Source of the DNA: an uncultured Gammaproteobacteria bacterium
GTDB taxonomy: Bacteria > Patescibacteriota > Patescibacteriia > UBA9934
DNA: 64,000 nt
Direction of reading: 5' to 3'
NCBI GenBank assembly: GCA_964552565.1
Contig: CAZKGL010000001.1
Coordinates: 25,875-89,874 of the forward strand
Every line of letters starts with the position of its first letter. The stretch's first letter is position 1. Of the stretch, positions 17,614 through 26,936 are shown piece after piece. The notes under the pieces were generated by a model. It saw only the letters and a program-made list of their open reading frames with translations. It searched no databases and had not been told where the DNA came from. Both the position numbers and the translations under genes were made by a program.

Positions 17614-17688
17614 GGGCCCGTGTTGTAACGGCAGCATATCTGGATTGTCATCAAGAAGGTGCGGGTTCAACTCCCGCCGGGTCCACCA
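17614..17688 (+). ncRNA. Atypical tRNA-like RNA (G3:U70, encoded CCA, expanded anticodon loop), copy 2
   Basis: GGGCCCG/CGGGTCC-ACCA acceptor stem; GCGGG-TTCAACT-CCCGC T-arm; arm TCTGG-ATTGTCAT-CAAGA. Confidence 0.8.
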
Positions 17689-17773
17689 ACTCCGGCACCA
17701 AGCCAATCCCGTCCGCAAGGGCGGGATTTGGCGTTGCGGCGCCCGATTCTTCATGGTACAATTCCCCCATCCT

Positions 17774-18403
17774 ATGATGATTTCCTGGAACGGTTTTGGA
17801 AGCTATACCCTTGCAGCAAAAACGGGGGAGGGCGACGTGACGGTCGTGACGAACCCCTTTTCGCGCGATGACGGCCCGAAGTTCCCGCGTTCGCTTGCCG
17901 CATCGCTTATCGTGACGAGCCATGACGGCCCGGACGCAGACAATATCGAGGCCGTTGCCCCGGAATATCCGGAGGCGAAGCGCTGTCCGTTCATCGTCAA
18001 CCATGCGGGCGAGTTCGAGGTCCGCGGCGTCGCGGTGGCCGGCGTCCGTGCGCCGAAAAAGGACGGCACGGAGCACACCATCTACCGCATCGACGCGGAG
18101 GGGATGGCCATCGGATTCCTTGGCGCGCTCGATCGTCCGCTGACGGACAAAGAAGCCGAGGCGCTTGGGAATATCGACGTGCTCATCGTCCCTGCGGGCG
18201 GCAAGGAGGTGCTGAGCGCGGGCGCGGCGGCGGAAGTGGTGGCGCTTGTCGAGCCGCGGCTCGTCATTCCGTCGTATGCGGAGGATCCGTCGGCGTTCTG
18301 CCGTGAACTGTCCTGCCCGACGGAGTCGTCCACGAAACTCAAACTGACGCGCCCGGGGCTTCCGGAAGAAGACATGAAGATTGTGACGCTGAGTAAAGAT
18401 TAG
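17774..18403 (+). CDS. MBL-fold metallo-hydrolase-like protein (degenerate metal motif)
   Basis: ISWNG, VTSHDGPD, GEFEV, IDVLIVPAGG, EPRLVIP pattern; upstream of gyrA. Confidence 0.75.
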   Translation: MMISWNGFGSYTLAAKTGEGDVTVVTNPFSRDDGPKFPRSLAASLIVTSHDGPDADNIEAVAPEYPEAKRCPFIVNHAGEFEVRGVAVAGVRAPKKDGTEHTIYRIDAEGMAIGFLGALDRPLTDKEAEALGNIDVLIVPAGGKEVLSAGAAAEVVALVEPRLVIPSYAEDPSAFCRELSCPTESSTKLKLTRPGLPEEDMKIVTLSKD

Positions 18404-18404
18404 T

Positions 18405-18806
18405 ATGGAGGGCAACCGCATCGTCATCGACCCGACGCACGGACACCGGCGCAGCCGGACGTTCGCGCTCCTCGTCGTCCTCGGCCTCGCCGTCGTCGGC
18501 GGCGTCTGGTATTTCCAGCTTCGCACCATGGTGCGCCAGGCGCGCCTGTCTGAAGCCGTCGAAGACCTTGCGGCGATCGAGGAGGCGATGCGCGAAAGCT
18601 TTGACGAGTCCCGTGCGGCGGTCGACGCCGCGGCAGACGGTGTCGTCCCGGACGGCGTCGTCGAGGCGATCGGCGGCGAGATCGTCGAAGCACGCGCAAA
18701 AGACGCAGTCGCCGGCGAGATCGTGGAAGGATTTGCCGCCGAGGCGGAGGCCGAGGTTGCGGCAGAAGAAGCGCCGGTCCCAGAAGAGGAACCCGCGAGC
18801 GAGTAA
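18405..18806 (+). CDS. Single-TM hypothetical protein
   Basis: N-terminal TM, acidic tail, operonic spacing. Confidence 0.65.
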   Translation: MEGNRIVIDPTHGHRRSRTFALLVVLGLAVVGGVWYFQLRTMVRQARLSEAVEDLAAIEEAMRESFDESRAAVDAAADGVVPDGVVEAIGGEIVEARAKDAVAGEIVEGFAAEAEAEVAAEEAPVPEEEPASE

Positions 18807-18814
18807 GTTGATTT

Positions 18815-21334
18815 ATGGCAAAACACGAAGCAGCAGCACCGGAGGAGGGGAAGGGGCCTGAAGAGGCCATGACGCCGATCGGTACCATTTTGGCGCAAAA
18901 TATTTCCGAAGAGATGCGACGGGCGTACCTCGACTACGCCATGTCGGTCATCGTGTCGCGCGCGCTCCCCGACGTCCGCGACGGCATGAAACCGGTCCAC
19001 CGCCGCATTTTGTACGCGATGTGGACCATCGGGCTCCGCGCAAACGCGAAGTTCCGCAAGTCGGCGACGATCGTCGGTGAAGTGCTTGGTAAGTACCACC
19101 CGCACGGCGACGCGTCGGTGTACGATTCCATGGTGCGCATGGCGCAGGATTTTTCGTACCGCAACCCGCTCGTCACCGGCCAGGGCAACTTCGGTTCGAT
19201 GGACGGCGACTCGGCCGCGGCCTACCGCTACACCGAGGCGAAGCTCTCCGGCATCGCCGAGGAACTGCTCCTCGATATCGAGAAGCACACGGTCGATTTC
19301 CGTCCGAACTACGACGCCAGCCATGACGAGCCGTCGGTTCTGCCGGCGAAGTTCCCGAACCTTCTCGTGAACGGCACGCTCGGCATCGCGGTCGGCATGG
19401 CGACGAACATCCCGCCGCATAACCTCCGCGAGGTGTGCAACGCCATCATCCACCTGCTTGGGCACAAAGATGCGTCGGTTGAAGACTTGCTTGAACACAT
19501 CAAGGGCCCGGACTTCCCGACGGGCGGCATCGCGTATTCCCAGGCCGACATCCGCGCGGCGTATTCGAGCGGCAAGGGCGGCGTCGTCGTCCGCGCGAAG
19601 GCCGAGGTCGTGGAGAACAAGAAGGGCGACAGCATGATTGTCGTCGAGGAGATCCCGTACATGGTGAACAAGGCGTCGCTTATCGAGAAGATCGCCGACC
19701 TCGTGCGCGAAAAGAAGCTCGAGGGCATCAAGGACCTCCGCGACGAGTCGAACAAGGAGGGCGTCCGCATCGTCATTGAGCTCAAGAAGGACGCCTACCC
19801 GCGCAAGGTGCTGAACCGGCTGTACCAGCTCACGCCGATGCAGACGACTTTCCACTACAACATGCTCGCGCTCGTCGACGGCATCCAGCCGCGCATCTTG
19901 AACCTCAAGATGATTCTGGAAGAGTGGCTGAAGCACCGCAAAGAGGTCGTCCGCCGCCGCACGGAGTACGAACTCGAGCGCATCAAGGAACGCCTGCACA
20001 TCTTGGAAGGCTTGCGCATCGCGCTCGAGAAGATTGACGAGGTCATCGCGACCATCAAGAAGTCGAAGGACAAGGACGAGGCGCGCGACAACCTCATGAA
20101 GAAGTTCACGATGACCGAGCGCCAGGCGGTCGCCATTCTTGAGATGCGCCTCCAGAGCCTTGCGAACCTCGAGCGCCTCAAGATCGAGGAGGAGTACAAG
20201 GAGAAGCTGGCCATCATGGAAGAACTCGAGAGCATCTTGAAGTCCGAGAAGAAAATGGAGGGCGTCATCGCCAAGGAGACCGAAGAACTTTCCGCAAAGT
20301 ATGGCGACGACCGCAAGACGCAGATCATGCGCAACGGCGTGAAGGAGTTCTCCATGGAGGATATCATTCCGGACGTGCCGGCGGTCATCATGATGACGAA
20401 GGACGGGTACATTAAGCGCCTGCCGGCTGACACGTTCGCCCAGCAGGGGCGCGGCGGCAAGGGCGTCATCGGCCTCACGACGAAGGAAGAAGATACGGTC
20501 GAGGCCGTCTATTCGACGACGACGCACCAGGACATGATGTTCTTCACGAGCCGCGGCCGCGTCTTCCGCCTGAAGGCGTACGACATCCCGGAGGCCTCGC
20601 GCACCGCGAAGGGCCAGGCGATCGTGAACTTCCTCGAGCTCGGCCCGGGCGAGAAGGTCTCCGCGGTTTTGACCGGCGACCTCAAGAAGGAAAAAGCGAA
20701 GTACATCGTCATGGTGACGAGCAAGGGCACCATCAAGAAGACGAAACTTGAGGACTTCGAGAACGTCCGCAAATCCGGGCTCATCGCCATCAAACTGAAC
20801 GACGGCGATAACCTCGAGTGGGTCCGCACCTCGACCGGCAAGGACGACATCATGCTCGTCACGGCGAACGCAATGTCGATCCGCTTTGGCGAAGCGGACG
20901 TGCGACCGATGGGCCGTGTCGCGGCCGGCGTGCGCGGCATCAAGCTGAAGGGCGACGACTACGTGGTCGGCATGGAGGTCATGACGCCGGATGACATCAA
21001 GGACGGCCGCCAGCTCTTCGTCATCATGGAAAACGGGCTTGGGAAGCGCACCGACATCGAAGAATACGGCGTGCAGAACCGCGGCGGCCAGGGTGTGAAG
21101 ACGGCGCAGATTACCGCGAAGACCGGCCAGCTCGTTGCCGGCTACGTCGTCAAAGCGGACGACCCGCGCGACCTCCTGCTTGTCTCCAAGGCGGGGCAGG
21201 TCATCCGCACCGCGGTGACGAGCGTTTCGGTCATTGGCCGTGCCACGCAGGGCGTGCGCGTCATGCGCTTCAAGAGCGAGGGCGACAAGGTCGTGACGGC
21301 GGCGCTCGTCGGGGCGGAAACCAAGGAAGAGTAA
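18815..21334 (+). CDS. gyrA: DNA gyrase subunit A
   Basis: [23 protein letters not shown], GyrA-box QGRGGKG. Confidence 0.98.
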   Translation: MAKHEAAAPEEGKGPEEAMTPIGTILAQNISEEMRRAYLDYAMSVIVSRALPDVRDGMKPVHRRILYAMWTIGLRANAKFRKSATIVGEVLGKYHPHGDASVYDSMVRMAQDFSYRNPLVTGQGNFGSMDGDSAAAYRYTEAKLSGIAEELLLDIEKHTVDFRPNYDASHDEPSVLPAKFPNLLVNGTLGIAVGMATNIPPHNLREVCNAIIHLLGHKDASVEDLLEHIKGPDFPTGGIAYSQADIRAAYSSGKGGVVVRAKAEVVENKKGDSMIVVEEIPYMVNKASLIEKIADLVREKKLEGIKDLRDESNKEGVRIVIELKKDAYPRKVLNRLYQLTPMQTTFHYNMLALVDGIQPRILNLKMILEEWLKHRKEVVRRRTEYELERIKERLHILEGLRIALEKIDEVIATIKKSKDKDEARDNLMKKFTMTERQAVAILEMRLQSLANLERLKIEEEYKEKLAIMEELESILKSEKKMEGVIAKETEELSAKYGDDRKTQIMRNGVKEFSMEDIIPDVPAVIMMTKDGYIKRLPADTFAQQGRGGKGVIGLTTKEEDTVEAVYSTTTHQDMMFFTSRGRVFRLKAYDIPEASRTAKGQAIVNFLELGPGEKVSAVLTGDLKKEKAKYIVMVTSKGTIKKTKLEDFENVRKSGLIAIKLNDGDNLEWVRTSTGKDDIMLVTANAMSIRFGEADVRPMGRVAAGVRGIKLKGDDYVVGMEVMTPDDIKDGRQLFVIMENGLGKRTDIEEYGVQNRGGQGVKTAQITAKTGQLVAGYVVKADDPRDLLLVSKAGQVIRTAVTSVSVIGRATQGVRVMRFKSEGDKVVTAALVGAETKEE

Positions 21335-21561
21335 TGATAAGGTCGGGACTCGGGTACGTCGTTGTGCTGCGCAGCTGTGCGACGTCGTTGGCGGCTCGCG
21401 CTGCTCGCCGACGACTGGGCACAGACGCCTCCGCCCAACGACGCACCGCTCGTCCCTCCACATAGCCGGGGTCCCTGTACCCCGGCTATTGTGTTTGGCT
21501 GCGCTTGACGTGCCTTCCCCTGATCCTACAGTGGGAGAGGATCATTCTTAACCGCACGTAT

Positions 21562-21837
21562 ATGCTGTACGTTGAAGAAAAGGGCGGGTCGATGACGACC
21601 GCGGAAGCCGGCCGCATGGGCGGCGAGAAGGTCGCCCGCGAGCGTGGACCCGAGTTCTTCTCGGAGATCGGGAAGAAGGGCGGGGAGGCCCGCAAGGAGC
21701 AGCTCGGCCCGGAAGGGTACTCGGAGCTCGGCCGCAAGGGCGGCGAGACCGTTGCTCGCGAACGCGGCCCGGAGTTCTTCTCGGAAATCGGGCAGAAGGG
21801 CGGCCGTTCCGCCCGTGGCGGCGAGGAGATTGAATAA
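21562..21837 (+). CDS. KGG-repeat stress protein (GsiB/Em-like)
   Basis: Repeated EFFSEIGKKGG motifs; start uncertain. Confidence 0.85.
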   Translation: MLYVEEKGGSMTTAEAGRMGGEKVARERGPEFFSEIGKKGGEARKEQLGPEGYSELGRKGGETVARERGPEFFSEIGQKGGRSARGGEEIE

Positions 21838-21899
21838 GAACTTCAGAAAAAGAGCAGCCGCACCCCCGAGACGATGGGGGTGCGGTGCGTTTTGGCCGG

Positions 21900-22673
21900 T
21901 CAGGCCTTGGTCGGGCGGAGCTTGAGGAGCACGAGGCCGTCCCAGCAGGGGAGCATGACCGGGTCGAATCGGTCGGGCGGCGGGTAGCCCTTCCGTCCGA
22001 AGACGCCCTCGTTGAAGCGCCGAAGCGCCTCGCCGGCCGCGCCGCGCAGGAGGTCGTTGGCGACCCGGCCGTGCCACAGCGTGTTGTCGACCGCGACGAT
22101 GGCATTCGGCGCGAGGAGCGCGGTGACGGCCTCCAGGTAGGCGCCGTACTCGAGCTTGTTCGCGTCGATGTACACGAAGTCGAACTGCGCGCCCCGCGCC
22201 TTGAGCTTCGCGATCGTGTCGAGCGCCGGTCCGATCTGCGGGTCGATCCGGGACTCGACCCCCGCCTTCCCCCAGAACGGCAGGCCGACCTTGGGGAGGT
22301 CGGGGTCGATGTCGCAGGTGACGACCACGCCATCCGCGGGGACGGCGAGCGCGAAGGCGAGCGTCCCGTACCCGGTGAAGGTCCCGATCTCGAGCACGCG
22401 TTTGGCGCCTCGGTCGCGGATGAGCCAGGAGAGGAACGCGGCCTGGGAGGGGTCGCTCTGCATGACGGCGTCGCCGCCACGCTTCTCGGTCTCCTCGCGC
22501 AGCGCCCGCTGCTCCGGCGTCTCGCACGCGAGCTCGTCGTCGAGGTAGGCCCGCATGCGGCCGGTGAGCAGGACGCCCTTGCCGAAGAAGGCCCACACGA
22601 CCTCCTGGACGACGCTCGCGATGAGGCCGGTGAGGAGGGAGGAGTATCGGTCGAGGGTTTTTTCGATGTCCAC
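21900..22673 (-). CDS. Class I SAM-dependent O-methyltransferase (caffeoyl-CoA OMT-like)
   Basis: VLEIGTFTGYG, FDFVYIDANK, DNTLWHG. Confidence 0.9.
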   Translation of the reverse strand: MDIEKTLDRYSSLLTGLIASVVQEVVWAFFGKGVLLTGRMRAYLDDELACETPEQRALREETEKRGGDAVMQSDPSQAAFLSWLIRDRGAKRVLEIGTFTGYGTLAFALAVPADGVVVTCDIDPDLPKVGLPFWGKAGVESRIDPQIGPALDTIAKLKARGAQFDFVYIDANKLEYGAYLEAVTALLAPNAIVAVDNTLWHGRVANDLLRGAAGEALRRFNEGVFGRKGYPPPDRFDPVMLPCWDGLVLLKLRPTKA

Positions 22674-22829
22674 GGTAGTGGCTCCGGGTGTCGGGGAAAA
22701 GGGGAAACGGGAATCCGACCGCCCAGAGTAGCAAAAAATGACGGCTGCGTCAATGAGCGATTGGGCTAATGCTTGACGTTTTTTGGGCTATCCGCTACCA
22801 TTCGCGCATTCTCAACCACCCGCATTCCT

Positions 22830-23090
22830 ATGCCGTTGCCATCATTCCGCAGTTCCCGATCCAAGGTCCGCCGCCGCCGCAGCCACCACGCCCTGAAGCC
22901 GATTGCGATCGGCGTGTGTAAGGCCTGTGGCGCTGAAGCTCTCGCGCACCGCGCCTGCCCGAAGTGCGGCCAGTACAACGGCCGTGCCGTCAAAGGTGGC
23001 ATGGAAGCGGTCGAAGCGAAGCTTGCGAAGGCTCCGAAGGTCAAAAAGGCCGACGCCGAGCCGACCGACGAAGCCCCGAAGGCTGAATAA
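22830..23090 (+). CDS. rpmF: 50S ribosomal protein L32
   Basis: RRRSHHAL, Cxx[11 protein letters not shown]. Confidence 0.93.
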   Translation: MPLPSFRSSRSKVRRRRSHHALKPIAIGVCKACGAEALAHRACPKCGQYNGRAVKGGMEAVEAKLAKAPKVKKADAEPTDEAPKAE

Positions 23091-23178
23091 GCGAAACAAA
23101 GCGTCCTCCGGGACGCTTTGTCGTTGGAGGGGGTCAGGAGGTATACTTTCCGTGCCGGGCGTAAATCCCGGATGTCCT

Positions 23179-23670
23179 ATGTCCAACCGCCACCTTGCTC
23201 GCACCATGGCCATGCAAGCCCTCTATGAGTGGGACTTTCGCGGCCAGGATGTGAGCCGCATTCCCGAGCTCGTCGCCTACGTGAAGGCCGAGTTCGCCCC
23301 GGACTTCGATGACGGGGGCTATGTCGAACGCCAGGTTACGGCCGTCGTGACGCGCCGTGACGAGCTCGACGCGTTACTGCAACAGTTCGCGCCAAACTGG
23401 ACCGTTGCGAGCATGACGATCATGGATCGCAACATTTTGCGTTTGGGAGCGTACGAGCTGCGGTTTGACGAACACATTCCATCAAAAGTCGCCATCAACG
23501 AGGCCATCGAACTTGGCAAGACGTTTGGCGGCGACGCGTCCGGCAAGTTTGTGAACGGCGTCCTCGGCGCCATTTTTAAGGATATGGTGGCCAAGGGGGA
23601 GCTGAAGAAGATCGATACCGAAGAGAAGAAAGAGGAAAAGACGGGCGACGAACCCAAAAAGACTGACTAA
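23179..23670 (+). CDS. nusB: Transcription antitermination factor NusB
   Basis: [35 protein letters not shown]. Confidence 0.95.
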   Translation: MSNRHLARTMAMQALYEWDFRGQDVSRIPELVAYVKAEFAPDFDDGGYVERQVTAVVTRRDELDALLQQFAPNWTVASMTIMDRNILRLGAYELRFDEHIPSKVAINEAIELGKTFGGDASGKFVNGVLGAIFKDMVAKGELKKIDTEEKKEEKTGDEPKKTD

Positions 23671-23676
23671 CCGATT

Positions 23677-24369
23677 ATGCAGAAAGACATTTCCGCACTC
23701 GCCGTACAGCTCGGCATCCCGTACAAGGCCGACGGGCACCTGGAACAGGCCGTCGTGCACCGCAGTTACCTCAACGAACATCCCGAGTTTCCGCTTGCGC
23801 ACAACGAACGTTTGGAGTTCCTCGGGGACGCCGTGCTCGAGCTCGTCGTCACCGAGTACCTCTACAACAACTATGACAACGAGGAAGGCGAACTGACGAC
23901 GTGGCGCAGCGCGCTGGTGAACGGTGACAGCCTTTCTCAAGTCGCGACCGACCTCGGCGTCGAGCCCTACCTCTACCTCTCGAAGGGCGAAGAGAAGGAT
24001 GCGAACTCCAAAGCGCGCCGCACCATCCTTGCGGACGCGATGGAGGCCGTCATCGGCGCAATATACAATGACTTTGGCTGGGACACGGCGAAAGAGTTCA
24101 TCTTACGGACCATCGTCGCCAAACTCGACACTATCATCAGCAAACGCCTGTACCTCGACCCCAAGAGCCGCTTCCAGGAGGCGGCGCAGTCTCGGCTGTC
24201 CATTACGCCGAGCTACAAGGTGCTCGATGAAGCCGGGCCTGATCACCAAAAGCAGTTCACGATCGGCGTGTATCTCGGCAAGGAGCTTGTCGCCGAAGGG
24301 AGGGGGAGCTCAAAGCAAGAGGCGCAGATCGCTGCGGCCGAAGAAGGCCTCAAGGCGAAAGGTTGGTAG
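23677..24369 (+). CDS. rnc: Ribonuclease III
   Basis: NERLEFLGDAVL signature and dsRBD. Confidence 0.97.
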   Translation: MQKDISALAVQLGIPYKADGHLEQAVVHRSYLNEHPEFPLAHNERLEFLGDAVLELVVTEYLYNNYDNEEGELTTWRSALVNGDSLSQVATDLGVEPYLYLSKGEEKDANSKARRTILADAMEAVIGAIYNDFGWDTAKEFILRTIVAKLDTIISKRLYLDPKSRFQEAAQSRLSITPSYKVLDEAGPDHQKQFTIGVYLGKELVAEGRGSSKQEAQIAAAEEGLKAKGW

Positions 24370-24621
24370 TTAGGTTTCGGTCTCGTACCCGACGTGGATC
24401 CGGCGTTTGCCGGTCCGCAACTCGAACTCCCGATTGCCCTCCATCGCGTCGCGCGCCTCCCCGAACTTTTCCCGCGCCTTCTCCTTGGTCCGGTCATACC
24501 AGTCGCGTACCGCTTCGCGCCGTCCCTCGCCGCGTTCGCCCATGAAGAGGTAGGCGAGGACGCCGGCGACCGCTGCAAGGATTCCGAGCGAGATGCCTGC
24601 CCGTGCTGCCGTGTTCGTCAT
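24370..24621 (-). CDS. Small YtxH-like membrane-anchored protein
   Basis: N-terminal TM followed by GEGRRE charged helix. Confidence 0.55.
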   Translation of the reverse strand: MTNTAARAGISLGILAAVAGVLAYLFMGERGEGRREAVRDWYDRTKEKAREKFGEARDAMEGNREFELRTGKRRIHVGYETET

Positions 24622-24687
24622 ATGCAAGGGGTTATGAGTTATACCGTCACCCTACCGACACGGTGGCTGGCGTCAAACTGATCGGAT

Positions 24688-25155
24688 ATGCCGCATATTC
24701 ATGAGAAGATTGATTTTACTTCCGAGGTGTTTATCGTGCGCGAGGGACGCGTGCTTCTGCGCCTTCACGACAAGTATCACATCTGGCTCAGCGTTGGCGG
24801 ACACATCGAGCTCGACGAAGATCCCGTCGAGGCGGTGTTACGAGAAGCAAAAGAAGAGGTCGGGCTTGACATCGAGCTTATCGGGAGCTGCACGGAGACA
24901 GGAGACGCCCGCCCTGGATATAGGGAACTTCTCGTGCCTCGTGGCATGAACAGGCACAGGATCAACGATACACATGAGCATATTACGTTCGTCTATTTTG
25001 CTCGGAGCGCCAGCGGGGAAGTGGTAGCGGGCGGGAACGATGCGAGTCCGACGTGGCGGTGGTGTTCGCGTGAAGACCTCGACGACCCCGCGCTTCAGTT
25101 GCAATCCAACATCAAGTATTACGCCATTGCCGCTTTGGAGGCTGCATCAGAATAA
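24688..25155 (+). CDS. NUDIX hydrolase
   Basis: GGHIELDEDPVEAVLREAKEEVG Nudix box. Confidence 0.92.
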   Translation: MPHIHEKIDFTSEVFIVREGRVLLRLHDKYHIWLSVGGHIELDEDPVEAVLREAKEEVGLDIELIGSCTETGDARPGYRELLVPRGMNRHRINDTHEHITFVYFARSASGEVVAGGNDASPTWRWCSREDLDDPALQLQSNIKYYAIAALEAASE

Positions 25156-25249
25156 AAAAAAGAGATCCGCCGATAGTAAATGGAATGCGGTCGAAACATG
25201 CAGGGTCCCGCCACAAAACAAAAACCCCCGCCGTCACGGCAGGGGTTTT

Positions 25250-25324
25250 TGGTGCACCGGGGGGGATTCGAACCCACGACCAAAGGATTAAGAGTCCTCT
25301 GCTCTACCACTGAGCTACCGGTGC
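25250..25324 (-). tRNA. tRNA-Lys (CTT)
   Basis: GCACCGG..CCGGTGC-ACCA, loop CTCTTAA. Confidence 0.95.
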
Positions 25325-25412
25325 GCGGCATTGTGGCGAAACTAACGCGAAAAGGATGCCATATTCGTTGACCTAAGTCAAGATTTTTGCTAGCATTGCG
25401 GGGTTACCGCAT

Positions 25413-25489
25413 GCGGCCTTAGCTCAGTGGATTAGAGCATCTGGCTTCGAACCAGAGGGTCGGGGGTTCGAATCCCTCAGGCCGCACCA
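25413..25489 (+). tRNA. tRNA-Arg (TCG)
   Basis: GCGGCCT..AGGCCGC-ACCA, loop CTTCGAA. Confidence 0.95.
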
Positions 25490-25593
25490 GAAAACCGCTT
25501 CTCGAACGAGAGGCGGTTTTCTTGTTGTGGTTGACGCGGGGGTGGCCGTGGGTACGGTGACAGCAGGCCGGGATGCCGGCGTAACGCCCGACT

Positions 25594-26043
25594 ATGAATA
25601 TTTTTGACATGATCATCCGCGACCATGATGAGGCGAAGGAGCTCATGGAAGTCATCGCGAAGGAGCGGGACACGGAGGAGGCGTGTACGGCGTTTGAAGA
25701 GCTGAAGGCGGCGCTCCTCGCGCACGCGAAAGCGGAACAGGAGGTGCTCTACCATGCGTTGCGCGAACGGAGGGAGACGCATGCGCTCATCCTCGAGGCG
25801 GATGAGGAGCACCGGCTTGCGGAGCAAATGCTCGATGAGCTTGAGCGCGGCGACGCATCGGACGACGAGTGGCACGCCAAGTTTGTGGTGCTCAAGCACA
25901 GTGTCGAACACCACATGCGCGAGGAAGAGAACGCGCTGCTGCCAAAGGCGAAGCACGTGCTGAGTCGGGACGAGGTTGCCGAGCTGACGGACGACTTCGT
26001 CGACGCCAAGGCGAAGTACGAGGGCGTGCTGGTCGGTGCTTGA
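25594..26043 (+). CDS. Hemerythrin/HHE domain protein
   Basis: DH, HAKAEQ, EEH, HHMREEE motifs. Confidence 0.88.
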   Translation: MNIFDMIIRDHDEAKELMEVIAKERDTEEACTAFEELKAALLAHAKAEQEVLYHALRERRETHALILEADEEHRLAEQMLDELERGDASDDEWHAKFVVLKHSVEHHMREEENALLPKAKHVLSRDEVAELTDDFVDAKAKYEGVLVGA

Positions 26044-26142
26044 CGAATGGCGGGTTTTCGGGCATTCTTGTGCTCGCTTCCGCGCCAATATTCCCGCGGA
26101 GCAACTGGAGTCCGATTGTCGACGATCCAGCCCGTCCCGTGC

Positions 26143-26484
26143 ATGAACCCGAACCACCCCCCGACCGCCGGCGTCTGCATGCCGTGCATCGAGGAGTTCC
26201 CGCGCCGCACCCCGCCGGCGAAGATGACCCCGAACGAGATCTTCTCCGAGGTCGTCCTCATCGCGGTCCACGGCAAGCTCGCCAAGGGGCCGCGCGCGAA
26301 GCTGCGCCTCAAGGAGCTCATCGGCAAGCTGCAGGTGCCGGGGGTCGCCTTCAAGGACGGGTCGGGCACGCCCGAGCTGGAGCTCGTCGCGCGCAACATC
26401 GACGCGATCGCCGCAGCGCTCCTCAACCCGCGCGGCCGCCACGCCGCGCCGACGGGGCAGCCGCACGCCCGCGCCGCGGTGTAG
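26143..26484 (+). CDS. Hypothetical protein
   Basis: GC3-biased ORF followed by a hairpin; start uncertain. Confidence 0.5.
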   Translation: MNPNHPPTAGVCMPCIEEFPRRTPPAKMTPNEIFSEVVLIAVHGKLAKGPRAKLRLKELIGKLQVPGVAFKDGSGTPELELVARNIDAIAAALLNPRGRHAAPTGQPHARAAV

Positions 26485-26649
26485 GGTCCGTCATCGTCTT
26501 CCCGCAGGGGCCTCGTCCGCATCGGTCGGACGGGGCCTCTTCTCATTGTCATTCCGGCAAGATATCGCCGTATTGGAAGCTCAGCTTCGAAGCTCAGCTT
26601 CCAAGCTGAGATTTTGATTCCGCTGACCTGTGTTATACTGCTCTTAGCT

Positions 26650-26853
26650 ATGTCACTCCTTCTTCTCATCGGCCTGGTCATGGCCGGCGTGCCGTTCCTC
26701 CTCATCGTCGGCTTTGCTGGGTTTATTTTCGTCTCGTTCATGAACGACGACAAGGACGCGAAGGGGCTTTTTACGGTCGCGCTCATCGTCATGGGCATCG
26801 GTGTCGCGCTCATCCTCGCGCACGTCGTCACCCAGTGGGTGACGATCACGTAG
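26650..26853 (+). CDS. Small membrane protein
   Basis: Two hydrophobic helices; TGTTATACT extended -10 upstream. Confidence 0.6.
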   Translation: MSLLLLIGLVMAGVPFLLIVGFAGFIFVSFMNDDKDAKGLFTVALIVMGIGVALILAHVVTQWVTIT

Positions 26854-26936
26854 CCAGTTTTCCCGCATACCGCATAGGCGGGGCCACCGAGCCCCGCCTT
26901 GCGATTTCGGCGATTAGCCATTACCATCGAGTCACT

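Noticed and set aside
13380-17688. The tRNA-like RNAs as tmRNA (one- or two-piece) or ordinary tRNA-Ile/Ser/Asp
   Set aside because: Each is a closed 75-76 nt cloverleaf with no tag reading frame or tmRNA pseudoknot region; anticodon arms violate canonical rules and the acceptor identity is alanine
13380-17688. Integrated element bounded by the two tRNA-like sequences
   Set aside because: The copies are inverted and diverged, the interval contains core rpsA, and there is no integrase
21592-21800. Internal DNA repeats
   Set aside because: Explained by KGG protein repeats of a known stress-protein family
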